Positions 24,184 to 36,930 of a DNA stretch of 64,000 nucleotides are shown here, in pieces. Within the stretch, counting starts at the first letter, position 1. Each line of letters begins with the position of its first letter. Origin of the DNA: Macrostomum hystrix. Lineage: Eukaryota > Animalia > Platyhelminthes. A program made the translations under genes and the position numbers. The notes under the pieces are model-generated. The model was given only the letters and a program-made list of their open reading frames with translations. It did no database searches and was not told the DNA's origin. The stretch covers positions 186,001 through 250,000 of the forward strand of contig CATNEN010000025.1 of the NCBI GenBank assembly GCA_950097015.1, in the 5' to 3' direction.

Positions 24184-25191
24184 TCACACTGTCTTTGCTA
24201 ATTTATCATTCGGCACTGGCTCTAAAGCAGACTTGGTTCGCCGTATCGATCGCTCTTCGATGGCCTGTCGGGCCACGTCGTCCCAGTTGATGTCGGCGCT
24301 GACAGATGACTCAGCTAATTGCGAGCCGCTTGGCTGACTAACAGCATCAGGAGCCATGCAGGCCTGGTCCAGTCCAGGTCCCAAGCACCAAAGCGACTCA
24401 AGATCGTACTTGGCCCTGGTGGCCGGCAAGAAGCAGTGCAGGCCGCAGTTACCCAGATCAACAGCGGCCCAATTACATCGCGACGGGCTGGAGCCGGCCT
24501 CGATGCTAGGCAGTGTCGGTGAGCGTCTACCACCGGAGGAATTCGACTGCAGACGCAGTTTGTAGACTTTCAACACGTATTCGGCCAGGCTAACCAGGTG
24601 ACGCGATGATCGACCAGTGCAAACAACCAGGTTAGGCGGACGAATCGACATCTTTGACGAAGAGCTCGCCGTCAGGGCCGGAGTGGTTGCTATGGCAACA
24701 ATGTCGCGAGCATTCCTATGCCTCAATAGTTGAACCAGTTCGGCCAGGTCGATGACTCCGCTTGAGCCGAGGCGCAGCGCGTCAATTGGACAATCGACTA
24801 TGAAACGCTGGCGACGCTCGGCTGCTGCGGCAGCCAATTCAGCTCCGGTGAGTTCAGCACGTTGATCATCGCTGCCTAGATATTCCACGTATTCGTCATA
24901 GTCTAACTGACTGTCGTCGAGTTCCTCATCAGCTGCACTGAGGCTGACATTGCTGTGGTGAGAAGCCGCGATGTCGCCAGGCTTTGATGGTGAGGAAGAC
25001 GATTCTGAGCACAGAAAACGACAGTCTTGAGACCAGATAAGCCGTTGCTGTTGAGTAGGCTTCACTAATCTAGCCCCAAAATGACTATACTGATTGAATG
25101 CGACCAAACTGTGGTAGCAGCTGCGGCCAAGACTGCGGCAGGACACCTGCAGCAGCAGCAACAGCTGATGCGATTGTGATGGCAGTGACAG
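24184..25191 (-). CDS. MALSU1: MALSU1 / RsfS (Iojap) family mitoribosome assembly factor
   Basis: LVQLLRHRNARDIVAI, VVCTGRSSRHL and WAAVDLGNCGLHCFLPATRAKYDLESLW match the RsfS fold; Ser/Leu/Arg-rich presequence-like N terminus; frame opens at the acceptor at 25192. Confidence 0.9.
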   Translation of the reverse strand: MSLPSQSHQLLLLLQVSCRSLGRSCYHSLVAFNQYSHFGARLVKPTQQQRLIWSQDCRFLCSESSSSPSKPGDIAASHHSNVSLSAADEELDDSQLDYDEYVEYLGSDDQRAELTGAELAAAAAERRQRFIVDCPIDALRLGSSGVIDLAELVQLLRHRNARDIVAIATTPALTASSSSKMSIRPPNLVVCTGRSSRHLVSLAEYVLKVYKLRLQSNSSGGRRSPTLPSIEAGSSPSRCNWAAVDLGNCGLHCFLPATRAKYDLESLWCLGPGLDQACMAPDAVSQPSGSQLAESSVSADINWDDVARQAIEERSIRRTKSALEPVPNDKLAKTV

Positions 25192-27456
25192 CTGTTAATA
25201 GGTTCAGATGGTTTGGTGATCAGTTCTCATTTCATTTGACTTTTTTTCAATGTCTTGTTTTTAAGATATTATATTGTAGGCTTACTTAATGCATGAACAT
25301 CTAATATAGCTATATATTTTTATTTACTTTAAGCCATGACATAAGCAAAATGTGCTTTTTGAAGAAAATCTATACTTTAAAATTAATTCTAAATTTATTT
25401 TCAGACTTTAAAAGATAAATAAAATAAATATTAAGAGATGATAAAGACATCCTAAAAAGGTTGCTTTGAAAATATAGAACTTCACAGTACCATGTGTACT
25501 CAAAGAGTACATTGATTGTGATCTGCATGTTGCAAAATTTACCTTTACTCAGGAACTTAATATACTTTTACTTTTTAACATAAGAGCATGTGTACATTAA
25601 AATTATTTTTATTATTTTTTTCATGGTTTTTTTCATTTTTTAATTAATTAAAATAATATGCCATAAATTGAATACTGGTCTTCATCTGTAATATGTAATT
25701 ATTTTAATTATTTTAAAACTATGAATTTAAAATAAAGGTTCAGGACTAAAGTAAACAATATAAAAATCTATTAGCTGGCCATAGCTACTAATATTTTTAC
25801 AACCTATAACAGTCACAGTGCATGGCTGGCTAGCAAATTTGACTTAAATGCTTAGTTATTAGTAGGCTAGGTCTACAAAATACAAACAGCAATATCCCAA
25901 GCAAATAATTTGACACTACTTAAGCATCTTATATCATCTTTTTAATGAAAATTACAAAAATGTATTTTAGTAAGTCTGCCAAAGACAGACACAAAAGCAA
26001 TCAGATTTCTAATATTTACAATGAACCAGAACACTATGCCTTACTGCACAGTTGTAAAGCAAAGTACAGTTAATAGCAACATGCTTTCATTAGGCAGGCC
26101 ACAGGCATAGGCCACATAGCTACCAATTGTCTATTTTTTCTTGTAAATTGACTAAAAAATAAATTCACAAGCCTTTTAGGCGTTTCATATTTCGACGAAA
26201 CAAGTACAAAAGCAATATAAACCGTTTCATCGAATTACAATGAGAATATTTAGAGTATGTTAGTTAATAATCTAGCCACTTGAATAACAAATCCGTTTAC
26301 TGATGTTAAAATATTTACTACTCTTATTTCTTAGTTTTAATGCAAAAAAGAATTATTTGAAATATTTTACATTACGACAAAATTATCCACTAAATGAATA
26401 TCCATCTAAATGATCATGTGAATATTCTGGCCAGTAGTGGATTACTCTATAAAATTATCTGTCGATAAAAACTGATGTCGATTTTGAGATGCAAAGCAAA
26501 AAATGTTAAATCATCGAAATTAAGAAGTAATTTTCCTCACAAACTATTTATACTTGGGTTAGAACTGCACTTTAACCCTCCAATTCATAGCCCATTAATC
26601 GATCAGTATATACTATTGGTGGCTTGTGTATAGGAAAGTATGTATAGAACCAAGTCAGGTACAGAAATGGCTTGAGCACAAAATAAGTTATAACACTTTC
26701 AGTTACAGCGAAGCTGTGGTAAGCTCGCAAGCCCAAAGCGCGAGTCTGTAAAAGGCAATTGGTGGGGAGCCCCTGTTTAGATGACAAAAATTAATGCGCC
26801 TTAGAATGCCCACAAACAGCTGTGGTTGAGAGCCACTGACTGTACATTTACAAAGTACATCAAACTGGGTTAGGGGTAATTTCTATTCTCAACTCCGTAT
26901 ATTCTTTGAGTCGATTACAAAAATAGATCATTTAACCACTACAGTACGCGTACGTATTTAGTAAATAGCAATCTAAAAAGTAGACGGCGGTCTTTACTCT
27001 GCCATGCTCTTTCACTATCGTATCGTTGCGTAGAAACAAAGTTAATATTGTTGATTAGATGCAAAAATCATGTCTAAATAATTCAGAAAGAGTAGAGAGG
27101 GAATAGTACTATAGTAGAGCGTGAAGGTACACAGCAAAATGGAAAGTATACAGAAGCTTAACTCACTGGCTCCCCAAGCCTGGAATTATCCAGGCTAGTT
27201 CAGATCAGACTGGTTGTTTCTTGTTTGGAATCTATACGAAGAGTTAAGCTATTATATCAACACGTCAAAATGATTGCTAAAAAAGTTTTTTATTGTATGG
27301 CGTTTGGTATATATTGGATGTTCCAATAGCAGATGCGAGAGCAAATACCATTTAAAACACGATCCAGTCGCTGAATCCATCCAATCTAAAATTCACTTCC
27401 ACAGCACTACCAAGGTGAACAAACTAATAATTCCGACCCCGTAAATTCTGGGCTAC

Positions 27457-29245
27457 ATGGCTGATGTGGAAGACGTTACCAAATCAGAAGGCAACAGTGG
27501 CTGCACTGCGTCCTATCGGCTAAGGCAGCAGCTGCTAAAGCAGGCAATTAAATCGACAACAGCGCATGGACTGTCGAGAGTCGCCAGCGACAAGCACCTG
27601 GGTCTGCGCTTGTTCTGGGCCGCTGCATTTCTGTCCATGCTAGGATTGTTCCTCAATGAGCTGTCAAACGCTGCGGTCAAGCTGCAGTCGTTGCCCGTTA
27701 CTACCGCTGTGGAACCGTCTTCAGAATCTTTCGTCTTCCCTGACGTGCACATCTGCCCCATGAGTATTGTCTCCGCAAGCTATCCTTCGCAAATGACGCC
27801 GGAAGATGCCAACTACACGCTTGAGCAGTTTGACAAAATAAATCGTCTTGTAGATTATCTGAATGCGACCACAGCAGAAAAAATAGAAATGGCAGCGCTG
27901 GCCTTTCCATCAACAGTGCAGCGAAGCTTTCTAAGTGGAAGACTCGGAATGCGACAAGAACAGACTATAATCAGCGCGAAAATTTATCCTTCAAATAGAC
28001 GTCTTGAGTTAAACGTTGATATCGAGGACGAGTCACATCACAGGCGTTTAAAATGTTTTCGAGTTCGTGTCAAGAACTCTGAGTCTCGCAACCTTTTGAA
28101 CAGCATCACAAACTGCCTGGATCTGATCCTGTATGCGGATGTGACCTACAACCATACGCTGCGATTCTCTGAACATAAGATTGACTCACGAGGTCTAGCA
28201 TTTTCGAACTACGACTCATTAATAAGTGCCGGTGTTCACCTGTTCTTCACAGAGGAGGCTGCGTACCCTGATGACTACAGTGCATCGGTTGTACTCAGTC
28301 CCGGCTTAAAGCATTACATTAAAGTTTCTATGTCCCACTTGAGAATGGTTGAGAAAAAAGGCCAGTGCGTCAGTGGAACCCCCAAGGTATCGTTTCTTAA
28401 TGAACTCGATGAGGAGCCTGCCGAATTTAAATCCAATTTAGCAGGCAAGTGCAAAATACGAGCTTTTTTCGGGAAGCCCAAGCTCGTAATTTAAGCTACA
28501 TTTCATGATTTTTTCTTTAACTAAAATTCCAGCTTGCTACGCTAAGTACTTCACAGACATAACACAGCGCTACTTAAACTGCAAAGTACCCGGGCATTTC
28601 CCGATTCCGTCTGAATATCGAAACCTGCCAAACTGCTACAACCTATCGGACTATCTCTACAACGTAAACCACACGGACAAAAAATTGGAACGGTTAATGA
28701 AGACATTGAAACTGCTTCAAACTACAAGTCACAATTCGGAATTGCTTGATTTAGTAAATGGTATGAAGCTGGTGGAGAAAATTTGCGAATTTCAGGTGCC
28801 ATGCGATGAGCTAGAGTACACAGCTCAACTCAGCTCGAGCTTGTATCCTGTGAAGCAGGGATACCAGACTTCATTGGCTTCATTGTTGCAGCAATTGTTA
28901 CAAGAAAGAAAAAGCCAGGGTTACTCAGTCCCAGGACTGGAATGGCTAACCAATCTACTGCTAACGGCCAACACTACCACGGAAAAGGCGACTGCTTCGG
29001 ACGCTCTGTCAAATAATATTATTCGGACACTGATTTGCGCCCGTCAGTTCCGCTCGACGAGCATCACACAGAGCATCTCATTTGGTTTGAGTGATTTTCT
29101 AGCTTCTAGCGGCGGTCTGATGGGTCTCTTCATGGGTGCCAGCGTCCTTACTCTGGTCGAGACGGTTGATCTAATAGTGTGTCTTTTGGGAGGACACAGG
29201 CTCAGTGCTAGTAGAACCACTGCAAGGAAAAGTCGCGATGAATAA
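27457..29245 (+). CDS. DEG/ENaC (ASIC-like) channel subunit, 2 exons (27457-28444, 28533-29245), 566 aa
   Basis: STTAHG N-terminal HG motif, TM1, FPDVHIC, and TM2 GGLMGLFMGASVLTLVE with GAS filter; 88-nt GC-AG intron restores the frame. Confidence 0.92.
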
Positions 29246-29417
29246 CGCGGTGTCGTTTGTTGGCGGGAGTATCGAAACGTTTTCATTCGGCGGCTGGCTA
29301 AAACCATGCAGATGCAGCTGTAACTTTTTACTTTCTCTCTTGTATGCTTACTGGCTTACTTACATCCATACTTACTTCTTTTTCTCATATGGTTGTGGTT
29401 ATCTACCCTCGTACCTC

Positions 29418-29850
29418 TATAGAATAGCTGCCCTACCTGATCGCCAGAGGGCGGCACTGTTCCAGGCAGTGGTCGAGACGGTCCTGCTGCTGTACAACGC
29501 CGCGAGACCTGAACGCTGACGGACTCACTCGAACGAAAATGAACGCGTCGCACGCCGGCCTGCTGCGTGCCTTCTTTAAGATTAGTGACGAGAGTCTAAC
29601 GCGGGACTATATCGCAGCACCAGAGCTGATTTGCAACTCCAGCTGGCAGGCCACATCATCCGCGCCAAGTCGTATTTGCCACAGCCGGTGCAGGTGCTGC
29701 TCACGCCGCAACACCCTACCGGTGCGGCCAGGCCCCAAATCGGCCCCTTCGTCTACTGCCTCATGGCTTCATGACCCTCATGGCGCCCGGACTCTTCTGC
29801 TGGTGCGGCCTTCGTTCGCACCAAGGCTCTGAAGCACGCCCTGTGACGCT
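29418..29850 (+). mobile_element. RTE-like non-LTR retrotransposon 3-prime fragment
   Basis: LPDRQRAALFQAVVETVLLLYNA and MNASHAGLLRAFF, plus QLAGHIIRAES in another frame; frameshifted. Confidence 0.65.
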
Positions 29851-30009
29851 GCGTTTTTCACCTCCACAAATTTAGTTGTTTTCGTCATTTTGTCTGTTAT
29901 TTTTGTTGCGGTTGCATAGTATGTTTTACTAAGGCTTATTTTATGATAATAAAATACTTACTTAAAAAATCTTACATACTAAATTTATGATAAGGGCAAG
30001 ACTAAAGAG

Positions 30010-30432
30010 AAGTTTGGTGAGTTCCTGCAGATCACCGTCGGCAACTTCCAAGCTGCGTTCCCAGTCTCGCGTTGTTATGTTGTCATCGACAAAGTAAGTT
30101 CTCACAATGACGCCGATGACTTCGAGATTCCGGCCACCATTCAGGTCAAGCGGCTTCCACCATACAGTCCATTTTTGACTCCTATGGAGAACTCAATCTC
30201 CTGTTGGAAGGCCGCTCTGAAGAGAGAACTAGCAGCAGACCAGCAAAAGTTCATCGCTCCGACAGCTGAGCAGCTCGGGAATCAGTCGATGACGGCCTAT
30301 CGGCGAGACATTCTGTACAACATGGTGGACAGAACCATTGGCTGCATCTCTGTGGACAAGTGCACTGAGTGGTTCAACCATGTATTTACATACGTCCCTC
30401 GCTGCCTTGGTGGACAGGCAATTGATGGATAG
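30010..30432 (+). mobile_element. Tc1/IS630-like DDE transposase fragment
   Basis: YVVIDKVSSHN and RLPPYSPFLTPMENSISCWK match the DN..H / LPPYSPxLNPIE motifs. Confidence 0.75.
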
Positions 30433-31039
30433 GTGTCGCATTGAAGTTGACCAACTGACAGTCTTGTACCTGTTTTTCATTTTACTCTTACGTTCGTCGA
30501 TTTGTTGTGTTTTACCTCTTGAGTCTATTGAACAAGACTTTGTTCAAAATAGGAGGTAAAATGGTGTAAGTAGTACGTGTTTTATTGTTCAAGTCTCGTT
30601 CACACGACCAAACGATTCACGTTCTTAATTAGTTGTTCATCTACAAATAGCTAGTCTAATTTGACTTTGTATTTTGACAAGAATGTACACTCTTGAGTTC
30701 TGGTCTCATTTGATGACAGTAGGAACTAATTTTTCCCCACTATCCTGTATGTGTACAGTTTAGTTTAAAAAAGTCTAAACACCTGTATTTCGACGCTTGT
30801 GATAAAAAAGGCTTAATTTACTACTAGTTGAGCAGAAATCATTCACGAGAATAATCACTTGTTAACGGGCAATTAACCAAATCGGGTTTTAGAACATTTC
30901 GAATCTGATGCTTAAAACAGACTGGCATTCATAGTTGTACCGCATACATCACATTTCCGCAAATATATATTTTATTTCTACCTTTTGATGTAGGTATTTC
31001 TACCTGTACTGTGAAAGGTACTTTGATCGCCTTTTGCTG

Positions 31040-33950
31040 CAGTTAAAGTGACTCCGCAAAGCAAACAAAACCAAGAGCCCTGCGGATCAGACCGCCTATC
31101 TTGAAGCTATTCATGAGCTCAACAGGGAGATCAGGACTGCCAAGGCCCAGAAGTGGCGTCAATACTGCGAGGAGCTAGAGGGCTCACACCCCACCTCCAG
31201 GATTGTCAAAGCACTTACGATGGACAAAATTTCCAAGCTCTCCTCGGTAAAGCGAACCGACGATACGTCAACTGACAACACAGGGGAAACGCTTGAGGTT
31301 ATGCTCTATGCCTTCTTCCCCAACGAGCCAGCCAATCCGACCAACCCAGATCACACTGAGGGAGGCCAGATGCTTGCTGCCTCTATCATAACGGAGGACT
31401 GCATCATCAAAACGGCCACCTTCTATAAGCCTTTTAAGGCTCCAGGGCCCGATGGCATCGTACCTGCCTTTCTTAGAGAGGCGGTTAAATGCCCAGGTTA
31501 CCTGCGCAATCTTTACAGCCTCTATCGAGCCTGCATCACGCTCGGGTACGTCCCGCAGGCATGGACCGAGGCGAAGGTGATTTTTATCCCGAAGCCAGGC
31601 CGTCCGGACTACGAGTCCATTAAATCATTTAAACCAATCAGCCTAACCATCTTCCTGGTCAAGCTGATGAAGAGACTAGTGCTTTTGCGCCTTCTCTCAG
31701 TGGAACTGAAGAACACGCCGCTCAGCGACAACCAGCATGCTTTTCGGGAGGGTCGCTCCACCGAAAGCGCGCTACACGTTCTGTTCGACAAACTGGAGAA
31801 AGCTGTGCTTGGCAATGGCTTTGCTCTAACTGTCTTCCTGGACATTAATCGTGCCTTTGACAACGTCCTCTTCGAGGCGTTCCGCAAAGCTGTATGTTAG
31901 AGACACACTCACTCTTCCCTCACCAGATGGATCATGTATATGATCAGTCATCGCATGGTCACTGCCAGCCTGCTGGGCCACCAACGGACGATCCCCCATC
32001 CGCAAAGGGAGCCCGCAGGAAGGGGCGCTCTCTCCTATTCACTGGAACATGGTCATTGACGAGCTCGTCCGGGACGCCCGTCCTGAAGGTGGGTAATGCG
32101 GATGATGTCACTGCTGTGGCGTCTGGCCCATCTCCTGATACTCTCAGGAACCTCCTTCAGAATTTCATCCACTCTGCTGAGCAATGGGCGGGTCGCTGTA
32201 GTCTGAAGCTCTCCGAGACTAAGACTCCAGTGATCATGTTCACCAGCAGAAAAAAGTGGCAGATACGGCCACTTAGGCTTTACGGAAAGAAAATTTCCTT
32301 CTGTAAGCCAACCAAACGCCTAGGAATCACCGTGGACCATAGGCTGAACTGGTCTCCCCATGTTCATTCCAAAACCAAGAGGGCCCTCGCAATCCTCGCG
32401 CAGCTGCGAAGGGACGTTGGCACCACCTGGGGGCTCACCCCCAAGCGCTTCTGGTGGATCTATATTGCAACGGTCAGGCCAGCTGTCTCGTTCGGCAGCT
32501 TGATCTGGGCCAGCGCCCTGCAGATGAGGACCTGCCTGGAGGCACTTAGGAGAACGCAAGGGAGCGCATGACCATGAGAGCCCCACCGTCTGCTCCTTAC
32601 GACGGCCTCGATGCCTTCCTTGACGCTCCCCCGTTGGACATTTTTGTCCACAGGGAAGCCGCTAAAATACGCGTCGGCTCACTGACGCCGGCGTCCGCTT
32701 CACGCCGCAAAGAGCCATGGCAAAGCGCAAACTTCTGCCTCACGCCGACCTGTGCCTTAGAGATTTGAAAGATAGCGGCGGACTCCACGTCTTATCTGAC
32801 GGCGAACCACGCACTCTCAAACCCACCCCGCGCAACAAAATCATCATCCCCTCGAGGGAAGACGCTAACGACCACTGGAACCACCAGGAGGTCCATTGCT
32901 ATACGGACGGAATTCTTAAAGACGGCCTTGCCGGCTTTGGGGTCTGCATCCTGATCAACGCCGCGTCATCGCCACGCACGCCCAACATACTGGGAGGCTT
33001 TCCAAGGTCTTCCAGAATGAAATCCTTGCCATCAGCTCCTGTGCCGCAGAGCTGAATGCCAGGAATACGAGAGGAGAGACTATCGTTATCCACTGACAGC
33101 CAAGCGGCCTTACAAGCCCTTTGCCGCACCACTACGTGCTCCCGGACAGTCGCTGACTGTGCCCGGCAACTCAACCTCCTGGCTCGTAGCAACACGGTCA
33201 GGCTGAGCTGGATCCCAGGGCATGCGGGCTTCCCAGGGAACGAGCTAGCGGATACCCTCGCCAAGCAGTGTGGTTCTGGCTTCTCCTGGGCCCTGCTCCC
33301 CTGGTTCCGATCCCCATCACGGTCATCAATCGCCAAATTGATGACTGGGCTGAGTCCCTCCACAGGGACAGATGGACGGGCACCCAGAACTGTCGACAAT
33401 CCCGTGCCGCCGTCGCCTGTCTCGCAGGCTTAGGAACATCCTTTTGAGCCAAACCGGAAGGATATCCGCGCCCCCGCCATGACCCTCACGGGCCACGTCT
33501 ACCTCGCAAGGCACTGTTTCCTCCGGGGCGACCTTGAGAGTGAACTTTGCACCTTTTGTGAGTACGAAAACGAAGATGCTGAGAACTTTGTGTGTCACTG
33601 CCCTTTCTTTAACAGAGACCGGCTACGCTACCTCGGGCCCAACCCGTCTATGGACAAGATTTGCCAGCTCGATAGCATTCCACGGCTCGTCCAGTTTCTT
33701 CCGGGCGACAAGACGAGCCACGTTCTTCCCTACGGAAGACAACGCTGCAGGACGGACCGGCGGACCACCCTGACCGGCCCCGCGCCCTCGCCTCTCTGCG
33801 GGCCTACAGGGGTTAGCGGTATGGGAGATCCTCGCCTCCCCGCTGTGTCCATGGACCACCCTGCAGCTAAGTCAAGTAACTCAAAGGTACGTATAGACAT
33901 TTGAACGCCCAGTATTGTTCGTGCTGAGATCAAACTTCTAGGAATCAAAA
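31040..33950 (+). mobile_element. 5-prime-truncated non-LTR retrotransposon with RT, RNase H and C-terminal Cys/His knuckle (I/Loa-like group), degenerate
   Basis: KAPGPDGI, QHAFREGRSTESAL, FLDINRAFD, NADD (degenerate YADD), YTDG, TDSQAAL, WIPGHAGFPGNELADTLAK and CTFCEYENEDAENFVCHC; several frameshifts. Confidence 0.92.
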
Positions 33951-33989
33951 ATGTAATATAATACTTTTGCTACTATCTTCTGCTAGACC

Positions 33990-34688
33990 CCTATAGAAAG
34001 TATCGTTCTTTATTATGATGTGCTGTAGTCTGCTGAGCAGCCTCCAGGCAATCTGCGGAGTCAGTGCAGCCCCAGTTCTGTGGGAGGGCTTGGGAGTAGG
34101 TAGGTCTGTGGTTTCCCGTGCACACTCACCTCCGCTCGCCACCCCCTCCTCGTTCTCTCTCTTGTTCCAGCTCTGTCTGCGCACTGAGTCATATTGCACG
34201 CCATGGTGCAATCGCTTCGGTTCGGAAGAAGACTGGCAGAAGAACGCTCAAATGCTCCTACTATAAGTAGAGCACAGTCCGACGAATACACCAGGTGATG
34301 TTAGCATTGTGGCAGCACACATTCTCTACTTTGTTGGCACTGTTAGGAATGTTTTTCTTCATGCGTTTTTGTTTGCGTTTCCGTTTGGAGTTTCAACTCT
34401 AAAGTTAAGAACTGCATTTGTAGCATTGTTCCTGACTTATATTGTGTGTCTAGTCCTAGTGGCTTAGACACGCTATTTAGAAGTGAAACTAAGACTAAGA
34501 TTAATTAGTGCTTAGAGAACTCACGTCCCCCGAGTAAGAAGACCTAGCTGTCAATCCTAGCCTGACTACCAGGTTGTTGTACTGCAAGGAAGCACAGTGT
34601 TGAGGCCGGTATAAAATCCTCTCTGAATCTAGTTCCTGTCTTGGTTATTTTCACCAATTGTGTGTGCCACGCTACCACAGGTACAACA
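33990..34688 (-). mobile_element. Possible LTR (34688-34299) followed by a TGG-initiated PBS-like site and 5-prime internal fragment
   Basis: Minus strand reads TGTTGTACC...GCTAACA then TCACCTGGTG; no partner LTR or TSD found. Confidence 0.3.
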
Positions 34689-36274
34689 ATTATAACATCG
34701 AACATCAGTCTGTTTAGAAAGCAACAAAGAAAAACTGGTTATTGTTTTTTGCAGTGGATTGAAATTATTACAATTAAGATAACATTTATTGGCTACAACC
34801 TACACTCAAAATATAATTAAGTTTGACTCAGATATAAGAACTTTGATTTGGGACGGAAAATAAGAGTTTCGTGCGAAGCATCTTACTGGGTCACAGGACA
34901 ATTCTATCTCATATAGGGGCCTTGGGACCAGAGGCAAAGCTTGTGATATGCTGATAACAAAGTGTGGTGACGTGACTCTGGTTGCGGCTGGCTAAGGCAG
35001 GTGTGTTGTGCACCTGTCCGGCACGTATCTAATTATTTAGAATGTACTGTGTGTGAACGTGCTTTTAACCTTTCTCTCCTATGTGCACGCGCGCAGTCAG
35101 TAGCTTCATCCCTAATACTGCTATCGATTTGATAAATATAAAAGTCGCTGTGTCATCTCGTTGAGAGGTTGAGATTCGTTCTACAATCTTAAGCAAAGTC
35201 TTTACACAGAGTGTGTGAGAAAATGCAGCAATACAACAGTAACGTGCTAAATGATGCGACCTTCAGGTAATTTAAATTTGTAACACCATTCACCGAAGCA
35301 CTTTTTAGCTAATGTAGCAGGCCAAAAAAAGATTTATAAAATTATATTTAAGACGTTAGTACAATAGCACTCTTACAGGTTGTTGCAAGCAACTTGACGT
35401 TAAAAAAATTGGAACAGATCAATAGACTGTGGGACTAAGCGTTTGTTTGGGTTGTATTATGTCTAGCATCTAGTAGGGTGTCTAGAGTGTACGGTAGGTA
35501 GAGTTTGTGTGTGGGATCTATAGAGTGTGTTTGGGTAATACGAGCGATAGTTGATTGTGTGTGGGATCTAGAGAACGTCAACTATTAAAACTCCGAGGGG
35601 CTCAGGGTGAGAACACAACCGTACTATTAGTGGACGCCCGTACATGGTGCTCGTTCAAGCTACTCTTGCAGACCAAAAATTTGAGAAAAAATTCAGTTAG
35701 ATGTCATATCGCTGGCGCAGCTAGTCGAAGTTTGATCGTGTTTAAATATGGTCGTGATGTTCGTTATCCATTATAAATGTCTATTTGTGAGGACCCATTT
35801 TTTATCCCAATCATGCGCACTCAATATACCAAAAAATATTTTCCATTCGTTTTTTTTTATCGTGTAAAATATTTTTCGTCAATCGTATCCAATAAATATA
35901 CAGTACCTACAGCGGAAGAGCCCCTCCCAGGGCTGACCCGCGGGTCTTAGACCCAAACCTCTTAACAACAAATGTCTATTTGTACCGTAAGAAACCCGTA
36001 TTTTAGACTGTATCCGCGTTGTCATAGTTACCGTTATGTTTAGTAGGTTGTTTTGGTATTTATAGCCGCTGCCACAGCTAGGCATGCAGGAGGCATTGAA
36101 ATGTCCTCCTTTACATCGCCCGGCAGGTTGGTTCGGTAGAGTTTTGTGAGGCTCGCTGAGGCTTAGGGAATCGAAGCTACCCCGTCTTTTCGGGTGCGTG
36201 GTGCAGCTTTCGATCGCCCAAGTTCTTGTCGGTTCTTGTTGGTCAGTTTCGCAGTCCCCGCTCCCAAGCGTACA

Positions 36275-36930
36275 TTTTGTGCTGTTTGTCTTGTGCTGCT
36301 CGGTAACTGTTGAACAGTGTTGTCGCGTGATATCTATATTGCTTCGTGTTGAGTATTCATTATCGAATCTTATATTTGTACTGTTAGTAGTATCGCAAGA
36401 TTAAGCTATATATAGAAGTCATGCTGAAGCCAAATGCGTTCTGTACGTAATCTATTGTTATTTTTAATGAGGACATTGACTTTTGTCAAGAAGGATAATG
36501 TAATGAAATAATTAATCTATTTGAAATCGTTATTAAAGCCAAAATTTGTTATTGTGTACTGTTATTACAACTAAATTATGCTAAATCGTCTTATATAACC
36601 GGTATTTTCGTACGGATTTTTTGTATTAATTATGTATTTATTATTTGTTTAAAGTATGCTTGACTAGTTAAATATAAAGTAACTAATGAAATCGGCCCCA
36701 GTTGCAGCCGGTTTTCGGACGCGCTCGCGCATCGGGATTCTAGTCACTAAGTTTTGATTGGAACGTTATAAGTTTGTATAGCTACTTTAACTAATTTTGG
36801 TCTAGACGCATTGAATTGGTGTTAGTCTTATTTAACGAACTGTGGGAACCAGCGCGTGCGTCAGCAAAGCGGCATTTCTAATTAGCATTAACAAAGAAAT
36901 AGCACTAATTATATTATTTATTATATTATA
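36275..36930 (+). repeat. ~650-bp dispersed repeat, copy 1
   Basis: Colinear and highly similar to 61586-62202. Confidence 0.9.

Noticed and set aside
34944-35184. Possible solo LTR (TG...TACA with AT-rich signal)
   Set aside because: No matching TSD for any tested boundary
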